Positions 1-10,147 of a stretch of DNA of 64,000 nt are shown piece after piece. How positions within the stretch are numbered: the stretch's first letter is position 1; every line of letters starts with the position of its first letter. Source of the DNA: an uncultured Trueperaceae bacterium. GTDB taxonomy: Bacteria > Deinococcota > Deinococci > Deinococcales > Trueperaceae. The notes below the pieces were generated by a model, which was not told where the DNA came from, made no database searches, and was given only the letters and a program-made list of their open reading frames with translations. Made by a program: the position numbers and the translations under genes. The DNA lies in assembly GCA_963815215.1 (NCBI GenBank), contig CAWFFU010000008.1, forward strand, positions 32,001 to 96,000. Direction: 5' to 3'.

Positions 1-88
1 GGATGGTGTCGAGCTCAACCATGTTCGTTCCTCACGGCGCCACCGGCGTCCAGCCACGGCGCGACGGGCCGCGCCGTCGTCACCCGCC

Positions 89-1318
89 TCATTTGTCCAC
101 GTCTCCCAGGACCGGGTCGAGGCTGGCGATGTTCATGACCATGTCGGCGAACAGGCCACCTACACAGGCCGGTTCCAGCGACTGCAGGTTGATCAGGCTC
201 GGCACCCGGATCTTGACGCGGTAGGGCATCGAGCCGCCGTCGCTGATGATGTAGTAGCCGAGCTCGCCGCGGGCGCTCTCGGTGGCCACGTAGACCTCGC
301 CGCGCGGCGGGTGGAAGCCCTCGGTGACCAGTTTGAAGTGGAAGATCACGGCCTCCATCGAGTTCTCGAGCTCGCTCCGGGGAGGCATGCTGATGCGGCG
401 GTCGGGGTCCTTGATCGGTCCCGGCTCCGCGCGGTCGAGCGCCTGACGGACGATCTTCAGGCTCTCGCGCATCTCGTCGATGCGGATCCGTAAGCGGCTC
501 AAGAGGTCCCCCTCGGAGTAGGTGGGGACGTTGAACTCGTAGTCCTCGTAGCCGCTGTAAGGGACGGTCTTGCGCAGGTCGATAGGCACGCCGCTGGCAC
601 GCAGGCTGGGCCCGGTGAGGCCGTGCTCGAGCGCGGTCTCGCGCGTCAGGATGCCGACGCCCCTGGTGCGTTGGAGGAAGATGTCGTTCTTCGCGAACAG
701 CCGTTCGTACTGCTCGATCATCTTCGGGAAGCTGTCCAGGAAGGCGCGCGCGGCCGGCACGAACTCATCGGGAACGTCGCGGTAGAGCCCGCCGACCCGG
801 AAGTAGCCGTAGTTCATGCGCACACCGCAGACCATCTCGAACAGGTCGAGGATCTGCTCGCGCTCACGCATGGTGTAGAAGAACGGCGTCAGGGCGCCCA
901 TGTCGAGCAGCCCGGTGCCGACGAAGAGCAGGTGGCTGGCGATGCGGTTGAGCTCCACCAGCGCCACCCGGAGCCGCTGGGCGCGCTCGGGCACGTTGGC
1001 ATCGAGCAACTTCTCCACCGACAGCACGTACGCGAGGTCATGGGTGAAGCCCGTGACGTAGTCCATGCGGTTGGTGTAGGTGACGCCCTGCTGGTAAGTG
1101 CGGTTCTCCATCGTCTTCTCGAAGCCGGTATGGAGGTAACCGATCTGCGGCTTGAGGGCGACGATCTGCTCGCCGTCGAGGTCCACTACCAGCCGCAGCA
1201 CGCCGTGCGTGCTGGGGTGCTGCGGGCCGACGTTGATCCGCATGTACTTGGTCTCGAACTCGCCGTGCCGCTCCTCGCGCATGACGGCGGCGGCGTGGCC
1301 GAGGTCCTTGCCGCTCAC
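89..1318 (-). CDS. nuoD: NADH-quinone oxidoreductase subunit D
   Basis: [25 protein letters not shown] and C-terminal LGDVDK motifs; position in operon. Confidence 0.97.
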   Translation of the reverse strand: MSGKDLGHAAAVMREERHGEFETKYMRINVGPQHPSTHGVLRLVVDLDGEQIVALKPQIGYLHTGFEKTMENRTYQQGVTYTNRMDYVTGFTHDLAYVLSVEKLLDANVPERAQRLRVALVELNRIASHLLFVGTGLLDMGALTPFFYTMREREQILDLFEMVCGVRMNYGYFRVGGLYRDVPDEFVPAARAFLDSFPKMIEQYERLFAKNDIFLQRTRGVGILTRETALEHGLTGPSLRASGVPIDLRKTVPYSGYEDYEFNVPTYSEGDLLSRLRIRIDEMRESLKIVRQALDRAEPGPIKDPDRRISMPPRSELENSMEAVIFHFKLVTEGFHPPRGEVYVATESARGELGYYIISDGGSMPYRVKIRVPSLINLQSLEPACVGGLFADMVMNIASLDPVLGDVDK

Positions 1319-1953
1319 GGCTTGCCACTCTCCTTACCGTGCATTCCCGCGCCCTGGCCGTACTCCTGCTCGCTGGTGGTGCCCTTGCGGGCGCCGCCCT
1401 TCCACTGCGTCAGGCCGGCGTCGGCGCCGATCAGACCGGCTCGGAACGCCGCGGGGTCGAGGAAGCGCCCCTCGTTGAACAGGGTGGGCGTCTCGCCCAG
1501 CGGGAAGTCCTTGCGGTGAGGGTGGCCTTCGAAGTCCTCGGGGAGCAGAAGGCGACGCAGGTCGGGGTGACCCTCGAAGACCACGCCGAACATGTCGTAG
1601 ACTTCGCGCTCCATGAACATGGCGGCCTTGAACAGGTGGGTCACGGTCGGCATGCTCTCGCCGTCGTCGATGTCGACGCGCAAGAACACGCGCTCGGTAC
1701 CTTCGAGATTGCGCAGGTTGTACGCCACCGTGAACCGTTTGCCCTGGTGGCCGGGGTAGGTGAGGTAGTCGATGCCGAAGACATCGGCGATCAGGGGGAA
1801 GCCGCCGTTCTTGGCGTGCTCCACCGCCTCGACGATCGACGCTTTCGGCAGCGTGATGCTCACCATGCCCTTGTCCTCACGGAGCACCGCGCCAAGGGGC
1901 TCGAGCTTCGCCACCAGCGCCTGGGTGGCCGGACCCGTCACCGGCTCGCTCAC
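1315..1953 (-). CDS. nuoC: NADH-quinone oxidoreductase subunit C
   Basis: [22 protein letters not shown] and HPHRKDFPL motifs; GTG start overlaps nuoB stop (GTGA). Confidence 0.95.
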   Translation of the reverse strand: MSEPVTGPATQALVAKLEPLGAVLREDKGMVSITLPKASIVEAVEHAKNGGFPLIADVFGIDYLTYPGHQGKRFTVAYNLRNLEGTERVFLRVDIDDGESMPTVTHLFKAAMFMEREVYDMFGVVFEGHPDLRRLLLPEDFEGHPHRKDFPLGETPTLFNEGRFLDPAAFRAGLIGADAGLTQWKGGARKGTTSEQEYGQGAGMHGKESGKP

Positions 1954-2492
1954 CGCGACCACCCCTCTACCATCGGCAGCTCCTCGCCGTGTTCGTCGAA
2001 GGCCTCGCCCCGCACCTTCTTCTGGAGCTGCTGCACCGCGAAGATCAGCGCCTCAGGGCGCGGCGGGCACCCGGGCACGAAGATGTCGACCGGTACCACC
2101 GAGTCGACGTTCTGAACGATGGCGTAGTTGTTGAACATGCCGCCCGAGGAGGCGCACGCCCCCATCGAGATCACCCACTTGGGATCGGGCATCTGCTCGT
2201 ACACGCGCCGCATGATCGGCGCCATCTTCTTCGACAAGCGGCCGGCTACGATCATCACGTCGGCCTGACGCGGGCTGGCCCGGAAGACCTCCGACCCGAA
2301 GCGGGCCATGTCGTTGCGGGAGTTGGTCGACTGCATCATCTCGATGGCGCAGCACGCCAGCCCGAAGGTAGCGGGCCACAGGCTGTTGCTGCGACCCCAC
2401 GCCACCAGCTTCTCGAGCGACGAGAAGAGGATGCCCTCGTTCTCGAGCTCCTGGATGTCCTTCTCGAACAAGTCTCTAAGGCCCATGCTCAC
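1950..2492 (-). CDS. nuoB: NADH-quinone oxidoreductase subunit B
   Basis: [24 protein letters not shown] and PGCPPRPE motifs; alternative ATG at 2486. Confidence 0.97.
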   Translation of the reverse strand: MSMGLRDLFEKDIQELENEGILFSSLEKLVAWGRSNSLWPATFGLACCAIEMMQSTNSRNDMARFGSEVFRASPRQADVMIVAGRLSKKMAPIMRRVYEQMPDPKWVISMGACASSGGMFNNYAIVQNVDSVVPVDIFVPGCPPRPEALIFAVQQLQKKVRGEAFDEHGEELPMVEGWSR

Positions 2493-2836
2493 TTCCAGGA
2501 CAGGACACCCTTGCGGAGGATGTAGAGGTATCCGACCGCCAGGATGATCACGAACAAGATGGCCTGCACGTATAAGAACGCGGGAGCCTCCCGGAACTTG
2601 ACCGCCAGTGGGTAGAAGAAGGCAGTCTCCAGGTCGAAGATGATGAAGAGCATGGCGACCATGTAGAAGTGCACCGGGAAGCGCTCACGCGCGCTGCCCG
2701 ATGCCGGCACGCCGGACTCGTAGGCGGCGAGCTTGGTCGCCGTCCCCTTCTTGGGGCCGAGCAACGCACTCGCACCGATCGCGGCGACGGCGATGAAGCC
2801 GGCCGCGATGAACATCATGAGAACGTCTAGGTACAA
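2489..2836 (-). CDS. nuoA: NADH-quinone oxidoreductase subunit A
   Basis: [18 protein letters not shown], three hydrophobic segments; TTG start with AAGGAG RBS. Confidence 0.95.
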   Translation of the reverse strand: MYLDVLMMFIAAGFIAVAAIGASALLGPKKGTATKLAAYESGVPASGSARERFPVHFYMVAMLFIIFDLETAFFYPLAVKFREAPAFLYVQAILFVIILAVGYLYILRKGVLSWK

Positions 2837-2900
2837 GGTTCTCCTTCACTCCCTTCAACGATCAGGAAAGACCCTCTCCGACGTGCGGAACCGGGCTTCC

Positions 2901-2918
2901 ATGTGCCCAGTTTCACAA
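2901..2918. promoter_or_regulatory. Rex-like operator upstream of nuoA
   Basis: ATGTGCC-CAGT-TTCACAA versus Rex consensus TTGTGAA-N4-TTCACAA; right half-site perfect. Confidence 0.55.
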
Positions 2919-2934
2919 CCTTTCAACGTCGGCA

Positions 2935-2964
2935 AGTCTACCAAAGGACGGAAGCCCCCAACAA
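2935..2964 (-). promoter_or_regulatory. putative nuo promoter
   Basis: minus strand TTGTTG-18 bp-TAGACT, with TG extended -10. Confidence 0.5.
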
Positions 2965-3328
2965 GGGAAGTCCGGCCGACCACGCGCCCCCGTGGGAGGG
3001 GGGTCGGCGGGCGCGACGGCGCGCCCGATCGAGGGCGGTATCTCCTCACGCCCCCCATTGTGCTCCTTTGCCGCACGCCATCTGCAACTCAAACCACGGC
3101 ATCCGCCTTCGGTGCGTCGGCTTCGCGCGACCGGCGTGCGGGGCGACCCCCTTGCCCTGGGGAGGTACTCGGGACGGTCACCTGCGGATCCCCGGGCAGC
3201 GCTTCGCTATCGGTACCGAACGACCCCGGTCGACGTCTCCGGACGGGTGCGGAGCGCCCGCCCCGGGCCGGTTCAGCCGAGGCCCACGAAGCCCCTTGGG
3301 AACGCCAACTTTCGCGTTCCGGCGGGCC

Positions 3329-3357
3329 TTGACATCCCCTGGGGGCGTCCATATACT
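3329..3357 (+). promoter_or_regulatory. sigma70 promoter of tRNA pair
   Basis: TTGACA-17 bp-TATACT, 12 bp upstream of tRNA-Lys. Confidence 0.9.
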
Positions 3358-3369
3358 ACTGAGGCTGTT

Positions 3370-3445
3370 GGGTCGTTAGCTCAGTTGGTAGAGCAGCTGA
3401 CTTTTAATCAGCGGGTCATAGGTTCGAGTCCTATACGACCCACCA
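3370..3445 (+). tRNA. tRNA-Lys(UUU)
   Basis: GGGTCGT/ACGACCC acceptor stem, anticodon loop CTTTTAA, GTTCGA T-loop, encoded CCA. Confidence 0.98.
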
Positions 3446-3456
3446 CAGATTGGTCT

Positions 3457-3532
3457 GGCCCCTTCGACTAGCGGTTTAGGTCACCACCCTTTCAAGGTGG
3501 CGGCACGGGTTCGAATCCCGTAGGGGTCACCA
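3457..3532 (+). tRNA. tRNA-Glu(UUC)
   Basis: GGCCCCT/AGGGGTC acceptor stem, anticodon loop CTTTCAA, GTTCGAATC, CCA. Confidence 0.98.
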
Positions 3533-3537
3533 GAAAC

Positions 3538-3563
3538 GGAGGCGCGATGAGCGCCTCCTTTCT
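3538..3563 (+). terminator. intrinsic terminator after tRNAs
   Basis: GGAGGCGC-GATGA-GCGCCTCC hairpin followed by TTTCT. Confidence 0.75.
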
Positions 3564-3645
3564 ACATTCTGGGGCAGCGGGTCCGTCGCCATCCCACCGG
3601 CGATCGCGCGGGGCCACTGCACAGGGGGCCGAATCGACCGCGCAG

Positions 3646-4329
3646 CTACGCGTCGTCTCGCTCGTCGTGGGGCACCGGCCCACGACGGTACTCCAGCACG
3701 TACGCCGGCACCGCGGCCCCGTCGGGTACCAGGGCATCGGGCTCAGGATCGCCGGCCTCCAGACGCAGCGGGAGAACGCCCGCCCAGACGCCACTGCGAA
3801 CGTCACGCCGGTCGTCCCCGGGCGGCCCCGAGCGGACCTTCGCCGTGGCACGATCGAGCGATAGCGCAAGCACCGTCGTTGCGTCCAGCTCGCGCGCGTC
3901 GGGAGGCCGCACGTCGGCCCAGCGCCCCGGCGTCACGTGCTCGGTGAACGCCTCGAGCGCATGCAGCTTCTCTTCGGCGTCGTCGACGCGCCGGGCCGTG
4001 CCGAACACGACCACGGATCGGTAGTTCGCCGAGTGGTGGAACGCCGACCGCGCCAGGACCAGACCGTCGAGCAGCGTCACCGTCAGGCACAGCTCGCCGC
4101 CGTCGGCGAGCGCGCCCAGCATGCGGCTGGCCGGCGAACCATGGATGTAGAGGCGGTCGCCGTCGCGCGCATATAGGGTCGGGATCACGACGGGCCGCCC
4201 ATCGTAGGTGAACCCGACGTGGCCCACCAGCCCCTCATCGAGGATGGCGTCGATGGACGAGCGATCGTAGATCCCGCGCTCGGGATGGCGCTGCACCCGC
4301 TCCTGGGTGACCCTGGTCTCGTTGGGCAT
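3646..4329 (-). CDS. pyridoxamine 5'-phosphate oxidase-like (NimA-like) flavin-binding protein
   Basis: ILDEGLVGHVGF, LYIHGS, LARSAFHHSANYRSVVVFG motifs. Confidence 0.9.
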   Translation of the reverse strand: MPNETRVTQERVQRHPERGIYDRSSIDAILDEGLVGHVGFTYDGRPVVIPTLYARDGDRLYIHGSPASRMLGALADGGELCLTVTLLDGLVLARSAFHHSANYRSVVVFGTARRVDDAEEKLHALEAFTEHVTPGRWADVRPPDARELDATTVLALSLDRATAKVRSGPPGDDRRDVRSGVWAGVLPLRLEAGDPEPDALVPDGAAVPAYVLEYRRGPVPHDERDDA

Positions 4330-4479
4330 GCACCACCATACAGAGTCCGTGGCCGGCCCCAGGGCCGGCTTCGCGGACCCGCCGGCGTCGAGCCCCGGGC
4401 TCGGGGGCGCCGGAAGGCGGCGACCGGGTCCCGGAGCGTAAGGCTTCCGTCAGCCGCGCCCGCGTACCGTGCTTGCGAT

Positions 4480-4734
4480 ATGAGCAACGCGATCCCCGTC
4501 ACCATCGGCATGAAGCTGACGAACGCGTTGGGGGATGTGGAGGACCTGGCCACCGCCAAGGGCCTCTTGCAGGTGTTCGCGATAGAACTCTTCTCGCTCC
4601 GGAAGACCGTCGAGGAAGCCACCGAACACGGCGACCCGGCGATGGCCGACAAGGCCCTGCGGGACGCGAGCGTCCTCTGGGGACTGCTGCGCGGCACGCC
4701 GGGGCGCTACCCAGGGGTGGGCATGCCGGCCTGA
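4480..4734 (+). CDS. hypothetical protein (84 aa)
   Basis: GC3-rich codon usage, protein-like composition, fills intergenic gap. Confidence 0.6.
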   Translation: MSNAIPVTIGMKLTNALGDVEDLATAKGLLQVFAIELFSLRKTVEEATEHGDPAMADKALRDASVLWGLLRGTPGRYPGVGMPA

Positions 4735-4905
4735 CAACGGCGCCGCACGCTCACCCGCCCCCGGTCGCGCGGGTCGTCGCCGTGTCGGCCGTCGACGACG
4801 GGCCCGTCGAGAATCGATTAGCGTGTAGGAGACACACGCCGTACGGCGCAGCGGTCGCCGGCCGCTGGACAGCCGCTGCGGCGCAACGCGTACGGAGGAG
4901 GGACC

Positions 4906-5631
4906 ATGTCCAGACTGGCCATCGCGCTCGCGGCCGCGCTCATGGGGAGCGGCGCCGTCGGAGCCCAGGACGCGCTGCGCTTCCAGACGTCGCTGGGCGA
5001 GCTCGTCATCACTCCGCTCGGGCACGGCTCGCTCCGACTGGACGTAGCCGGCACAGTCATCCACGTCGATCCCTATGGGCAGGTCGCCGACTACGCCTCG
5101 CAGCCCAAGGCCGACTGGATCTGGATCACCCACGATCATGCCGACCACTACGACGAGGCGGCGATCGCCGCGGTGCGCAAGCCGGACACGCGATTCCTGC
5201 TCGACCCGGCCAGCGCCGGACGGCTGGGCGAGGAGGCGACCGTGCTTCGCAACGGGGACACCACCGAGATCGGTGCCATCACGGTGAGGGCGGTGCCCGC
5301 CTACAACATCCGCCAGAAGCGCACCAACGGCGAGCCCTATCACCCCAAGGGCGCCGGCAACGGCTACCTGGCCCGGTTCGGCGATTTCGTGGTGCACGTC
5401 GGCGCCGATACCGAGTGCGTGCCGGAGATGCACGAACTCGGGCCGGTCGACGTCTCCTTCCTGCCCATCAACCTGCCTTACACCATGACGCCGCAGGACG
5501 CCGCCGAGTGCTTCCGCATCATCCACCCCAAGGTGGCCGTTCCCTACCATCAGGGGGATTACGACCCGCAGATCGTGGCCGACGCGCTGCGCGGCACCGA
5601 TATCGACGTGCGGGTGCTGCCGCTCCATTGA
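4906..5631 (+). CDS. secreted MBL-fold metallo-hydrolase
   Basis: signal peptide, ITHDHADH motif, GGAGGAGG RBS. Confidence 0.9.
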   Translation: MSRLAIALAAALMGSGAVGAQDALRFQTSLGELVITPLGHGSLRLDVAGTVIHVDPYGQVADYASQPKADWIWITHDHADHYDEAAIAAVRKPDTRFLLDPASAGRLGEEATVLRNGDTTEIGAITVRAVPAYNIRQKRTNGEPYHPKGAGNGYLARFGDFVVHVGADTECVPEMHELGPVDVSFLPINLPYTMTPQDAAECFRIIHPKVAVPYHQGDYDPQIVADALRGTDIDVRVLPLH

Positions 5632-7199
5632 CCGAGGAGGGGCCCGCGGGCAACACCGCTCACGCCCCGGGATCGACGTCCGAGCTCGAGCCGGCCACCC
5701 GCCGCTGGGTGCTGGCGGCGGCGACGCTGGGCTCGGGCATGGTCTTCCTCGACAACTCGACCGTCAACGTGGCGCTCCCTGCTCTGCAGCGCTCGCTGGG
5801 TGCGTCGGTCGTCGACGTGCAATGGGTCATCAACTCCTACACGCTGTTCCTCGCCTCGCTGCTGCTCATCGGCGGCGCCCTCGGCGACCTGCTGGGCCGA
5901 CGCAGGGTGTTCGCGGTCGGAGTCGCCGTGTTCACGCTCGCGTCGATCGCCTGCGGCTTCGCCGTCAACGCCGAGATGCTCATCGTCAGTCGCGCCGCGC
6001 AAGGGGTAGGCGGCGCTCTGCTCACGCCGGGCAGCCTGGCCCTCATCAACGGCGCCTACCCGCGCGATCAGCGCGGCCCGGCGATCGGGCTGTGGTCGGG
6101 CTTCTCCGCCGTCGCCTCGGCCGCCGGCCCGGTGCTGGGCGGTTACCTCATCGATACGGTGTCGTGGCGCGGGGTGTTCTTCCTCAACGCGCCACTGGCC
6201 CTGGCGGTGCTGGCCGTGGCATGGTGGCGCATCCCGGCCACCCCAGGCGAGGCGGGGCCGCGGCGGCTCGACGTGGCGGGCGCCCTCGCCGCGATGCTCG
6301 GCCTCGGCGGTGTGGTGTACGCGCTGATCGAGTCCTCCAATCGCAGCTTCGCGGCGCCGTCGGTGCTGGCGGCGCTCTTCGGCGGGCTAGCTGTGCTGGG
6401 GCTGTTCCTGGTGCGGGAGCGGCGCGCGCGGCGCCCCATGGTGCCGCTAGAACTGTTCCGGTCGCGTGCTTTCGCCGGCGCGAACGTGCTCACGCTCTTC
6501 CTCTACGCGGCGCTGTCCGGCCTGCTGTTCTTCCTGCCGATGAACCTGATCGAGGTGCAGGGCTACTCCGCCACGGCCGCCGGTGCGTCGCTGCTCCCCT
6601 TCGTGCTGTCGATGTTCCTGCTTTCGCGCTGGTCGGGAGGTCTGGTGGCGAGGGTGGGGGCGCGCCTACCGCTGGTAGCGGGTCCGCTGGTGGTGGCCGT
6701 CAGTTTCCTGCTCTATGCCCGTACGGGCGCGACCGGCTCCTATTGGAGCGCGGTCTTCCCCGCCGTGCTGACACAGGGCCTGGGCATGGCGCTGTGCGTG
6801 GCGCCGCTCACCACCACCGTGATGGCCTCGGTCAGCGACGCTCGCTCCGCCACCGCTTCGGGCATCAACAACGCGGTGTCGCGGGTGGCGGGCCTGCTGG
6901 CGATCGGCGCGTTCGGCGCGCTCATGGTCGGACTGTTCAGCGCGCGCCTGGAGACCCGGCTGCCGGTGCTCGACCTGCCCCCCGCGGTGGTGCGCGCGGT
7001 GCGCGCCCGCCACACCGACCTGGCCGCCCTCACCCTGCCGGAGGCCCTGACCTCGCAGCAAGCGCAGCGGCTGCGCACAGCGGTTGACGACGCCTTCGTG
7101 TACGGCTTCCGGATCGTGATGCTGGCCTTCGCGGGGCTGGCCGTAGCAGCCTCAGGCGTCGCGTACGGCACGCTCCGCGAGGACGGCCCCGGAGGCTAG
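5628..7199 (+). CDS. MFS transporter (DHA2/EmrB-QacA type)
   Basis: FLDNSTVNVALP, GDLLGRRR, about 14 TM segments; TTG start overlaps upstream stop (approximate). Confidence 0.9.
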   Translation: MTEEGPAGNTAHAPGSTSELEPATRRWVLAAATLGSGMVFLDNSTVNVALPALQRSLGASVVDVQWVINSYTLFLASLLLIGGALGDLLGRRRVFAVGVAVFTLASIACGFAVNAEMLIVSRAAQGVGGALLTPGSLALINGAYPRDQRGPAIGLWSGFSAVASAAGPVLGGYLIDTVSWRGVFFLNAPLALAVLAVAWWRIPATPGEAGPRRLDVAGALAAMLGLGGVVYALIESSNRSFAAPSVLAALFGGLAVLGLFLVRERRARRPMVPLELFRSRAFAGANVLTLFLYAALSGLLFFLPMNLIEVQGYSATAAGASLLPFVLSMFLLSRWSGGLVARVGARLPLVAGPLVVAVSFLLYARTGATGSYWSAVFPAVLTQGLGMALCVAPLTTTVMASVSDARSATASGINNAVSRVAGLLAIGAFGALMVGLFSARLETRLPVLDLPPAVVRAVRARHTDLAALTLPEALTSQQAQRLRTAVDDAFVYGFRIVMLAFAGLAVAASGVAYGTLREDGPGG

Positions 7200-8314
7200 C
7201 CGGCGCCACCGATCACCTCTCCGATCAACTCCGCCTCGCGGGCGATGCGCGAAAGCGTACCGCCGGCCGTAACGACGAAGCCGCAGAAGTGGAGCCCCGG
7301 CGCTTCCGGCAAGGCGAGCGGAAGGCGCTCGTCCAGATCGCCGAAGCCCTCGAGCAGGTCCGGGTAGCCGACCCGGTACCCGGTCGCCAGAACCACCACG
7401 TCGACAGGCAGCTCCACGCCGTCCACGAAGACCGCCCGCTCACCGTCGAAGCGCTTCAGGGCGGGGCGCACCGCGATCCGGCCGGCGCGTATGTGCCCGA
7501 CGGTGCCGGCATCGATCAGCGGGATGCGCGCGCGTTCGCGCACCTGGCGGGTGGGGCTGAACGGGGCGAACTGCAGCCCGTAGCGCGTCATGTCGCCGTA
7601 ACGCAGGCGCCGGACCGTCCGCCCGATGACGTCGGCGAGGGGCGCGGGCAGCCGCTCGAGGCGCGTCGCCACTTCCTCGACGGGGCATCCCAGCATGCGT
7701 CGGGGCACCACGTTCACGGGGCTGCGCACCGATAGCGCCACGCGAACGCCGTGCTCGACGAGATCGACCGCGATCTCGCCACCGGAATTGCCGAAGCCGA
7801 CCACGAGCGCACGCCGCTCGTGGAAGGGTGCGCCGTTGCGGTACTCGGAGCTGTGCAGGACGGTCCCCGGGAAACGCTCGAGCCCCGGCCACGTGGGCCG
7901 GTAGGGACGCTCGTTGAGCCCCGTGGCGATCACCAGGTGCTCTCCGAGGATCGTGCCGCGATCGGTCTCCACATGCCAGGCGCCGTCCTCGCGCCAGGCG
8001 CGCTGTGCGGGCTCGCCCCACCGCGGCCGGAGGTCGAACGCCGCGGCGTAGTCCTCGAGGTAAGCGACCACTTCGTCGCGGGAGGGGTAGTCGGGCGCTT
8101 CGTCGGGCCAGGGCCGGCCGGGCAACCTGGAGTTGCGCTTGTGGGTGTGGAGGTGCAGGCGGTCGTAGTGCCGTCGCCACGACGCTGCCGGGCGCGAGTC
8201 GCGCTCGAGTAGCTCGAAGGCCACGCCGCGGGCACGCAGGCACGCGGCGACCGCCAGCCCCGCCGGTCCCGCGCCCACGATTACGGCTCCGTAGCGGTCC
8301 CCTCGTCGTTCCAT
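7196..8314 (-). CDS. flavin-containing monooxygenase (FMO/YUCCA-like)
   Basis: GAGPAG, FPGTVLHSSEY, GFGNSG and LATGY motifs. Confidence 0.9.
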   Translation of the reverse strand: MERRGDRYGAVIVGAGPAGLAVAACLRARGVAFELLERDSRPAASWRRHYDRLHLHTHKRNSRLPGRPWPDEAPDYPSRDEVVAYLEDYAAAFDLRPRWGEPAQRAWREDGAWHVETDRGTILGEHLVIATGLNERPYRPTWPGLERFPGTVLHSSEYRNGAPFHERRALVVGFGNSGGEIAVDLVEHGVRVALSVRSPVNVVPRRMLGCPVEEVATRLERLPAPLADVIGRTVRRLRYGDMTRYGLQFAPFSPTRQVRERARIPLIDAGTVGHIRAGRIAVRPALKRFDGERAVFVDGVELPVDVVVLATGYRVGYPDLLEGFGDLDERLPLALPEAPGLHFCGFVVTAGGTLSRIAREAELIGEVIGGAG

Positions 8315-8477
8315 GACCGTGCTCCTCAGGTGTTGTTGGGGGCATTCTAGGGCATGCGCCGGCGGGCCGCTCCTCCCCATCGCAGGCATGCGATCCTCGG
8401 TGCCGCGGTCCTCGGCGCCGCGCCCCTCGCCCGTGGCATAATGCCCACGGTCGGGCGGCTAGCGTCCGGGCTCCTTC

Positions 8478-8552
8478 GGGCGATTAGCTCAGCGGAAGAG
8501 CGGCCGCCTTACAAGCGGTAGGTCGGCGGTTCGAACCCGTCATCGCCCACCA
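8478..8552 (+). tRNA. tRNA-Val(UAC)
   Basis: GGGCGAT/ATCGCCC stem, anticodon loop CTTACAA, GTTCGAACC, CCA; TGnCATAAT -10 at 8434-8442. Confidence 0.97.
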
Positions 8553-8700
8553 CACACCTGGGACCGCGCCAACCCCCGGCGACGACCCATGATCCCCGTG
8601 CTCGGAAACGGCGCCGAGTCGTGATGGTGAGTCGTTTGCGTAGCGCGCGCTCCGCCTGTGCGGGTGGCGGAGCGCACTTCCAGCTAGAAGGCCCCGCTCT

Positions 8701-9975
8701 CTAGAAGACCCCGCTCTCTATGCGGAGCGAGATCAGGTAGGTGGCGCCGTTCGACAACGCCGTGATGCTGCTCGCACGCCCCGTCGCGAGGCCCACGAGC
8801 TGGTCGAGCGAGAACGCCGTGCTCACGTGCAGGGCGGCCACCGTGGCGTACCCGCTCTGGCCCGTTGCGAAGTCCCAGGCGCTGTTCCAGCCCGACGTGG
8901 AAGTGAGGTCGGGGAAGCTGTAGGTGGTCGCGCCGGATCCGAGCCAGGCGGGCGTCACCATGACGACCCAGGTGGGGCTGGTCAGTGCGTTCGGGCTGAA
9001 ATCCCCGTACAGCGCACCCACGCCGCCGCCGCCGAGGAAGGGCACCGATCCCCAGGAGGCCGTGGCCGTACCGCTCGAGACACTGAACGCTGCGCTCGAG
9101 TCGAGCGCGGCAGGAAGCTGGAGGCTCCCGCTCGCAGGCGACTGCGAGGTCAAGCCCACCTCCTGTCTGAGGGTGACGTTCCCGCTGGATACGGCCGCTC
9201 CGCCGTCGAGATAGTACAGATCGCCGGACTCGGCCAGCGCGGCCGGAAGCTGGGGAAACGACAGGCTCGCGGCACTGGAGTCGTAGGCCAGCAAGACGTA
9301 GCCCGACCCGTCAGGCACGAGCGCGGCGGCGGCGCTCGGAGATTCCCCGACCGGCACGCCCGCGACGCTGAACGCGGTCATGCTGAATGGCTGGCCTGTC
9401 GTCAGGTCGATGTCGTGCGTGCCATTGCCTACGATCGATAGGCCCCGCTGCACGACCATGGTGTCGGGCGCCGAGCTGGACGTGAGCCCGTAGGCGACGA
9501 GCGTCTGAACGCCGCCGTTCACCTGCGGGTACGAGTAGCTCGGGCTGGCGGAGGTGACCGTGGAGAAGGAGTTGCCGATCGACACGAAGGCCGATCCACT
9601 GGCGGGTACGCCGGTCACGTTACCAGTGACGCTGTACGTCGACGTTGCCTGATCGAAGAGGCACGAGGCGACGACCGTGGTGGCGTCGCCTGTGGTCTCC
9701 TGCGTGACGCCGACCAGCGCCTGCCCGGAGCTCAGTGCGCACTCCCATGCCACTCCGTAGCGACCGTCCGCGTCGTTCACGACGAAACTCGAACCGGTCA
9801 CCGCCGTCCAGGGGCCACTGCCGTCCTGCACGGCGAGCCACGGAACGGAACCCACCTTCGTGACGGTCACGGTCGTTCCCGAGGTACCTCCGCCCGAAGG
9901 TCCCGCACTGCACCCTGCCAGCAAAGCGATCCCGGCGACTCCTGAAAGCCATCCGATCCAACGTTGGCGTCCCAT
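8701..9975 (-). CDS. Ser/Thr/Gly-rich lipoprotein of unknown function
   Basis: lipobox LLAGC after hydrophobic stretch; beta-rich extracellular composition. Confidence 0.75.
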   Translation of the reverse strand: MGRQRWIGWLSGVAGIALLAGCSAGPSGGGTSGTTVTVTKVGSVPWLAVQDGSGPWTAVTGSSFVVNDADGRYGVAWECALSSGQALVGVTQETTGDATTVVASCLFDQATSTYSVTGNVTGVPASGSAFVSIGNSFSTVTSASPSYSYPQVNGGVQTLVAYGLTSSSAPDTMVVQRGLSIVGNGTHDIDLTTGQPFSMTAFSVAGVPVGESPSAAAALVPDGSGYVLLAYDSSAASLSFPQLPAALAESGDLYYLDGGAAVSSGNVTLRQEVGLTSQSPASGSLQLPAALDSSAAFSVSSGTATASWGSVPFLGGGGVGALYGDFSPNALTSPTWVVMVTPAWLGSGATTYSFPDLTSTSGWNSAWDFATGQSGYATVAALHVSTAFSLDQLVGLATGRASSITALSNGATYLISLRIESGVF

Positions 9976-10147
9976 GGCCAACCCCTTTCCGTGCCCCGGC
10001 TCGAGGCAGATGTCCGCAGCCGTGGTTCGACCCGTCACCCGCGGCGACGCCACGGCGCGAGGCGCCTCGTCGCACGGTCGACGTCGAACCACCGTCGAGC
10101 ATCCCTCGCCGCCGTCTAGCGAGCGTCTAGCCGGCCCCTCGGGAGGC

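Noticed and set aside
2965..3328. Possible ncRNA or riboswitch in the nuo-tRNA intergenic region
   Set aside because: GC-rich hairpins are present but I recognise no conserved RNA motif. An Infernal/Rfam search would be needed.
4473..7199. 908-aa ORF as a single protein
   Set aside because: The N-terminal part is an off-frame shadow of the small ORF and the MBL gene. The MFS domain begins near 5628.
3370..8552. Genomic island between tRNA genes
   Set aside because: No integrase, no duplicated tRNA 3' end seen, and composition is ordinary.
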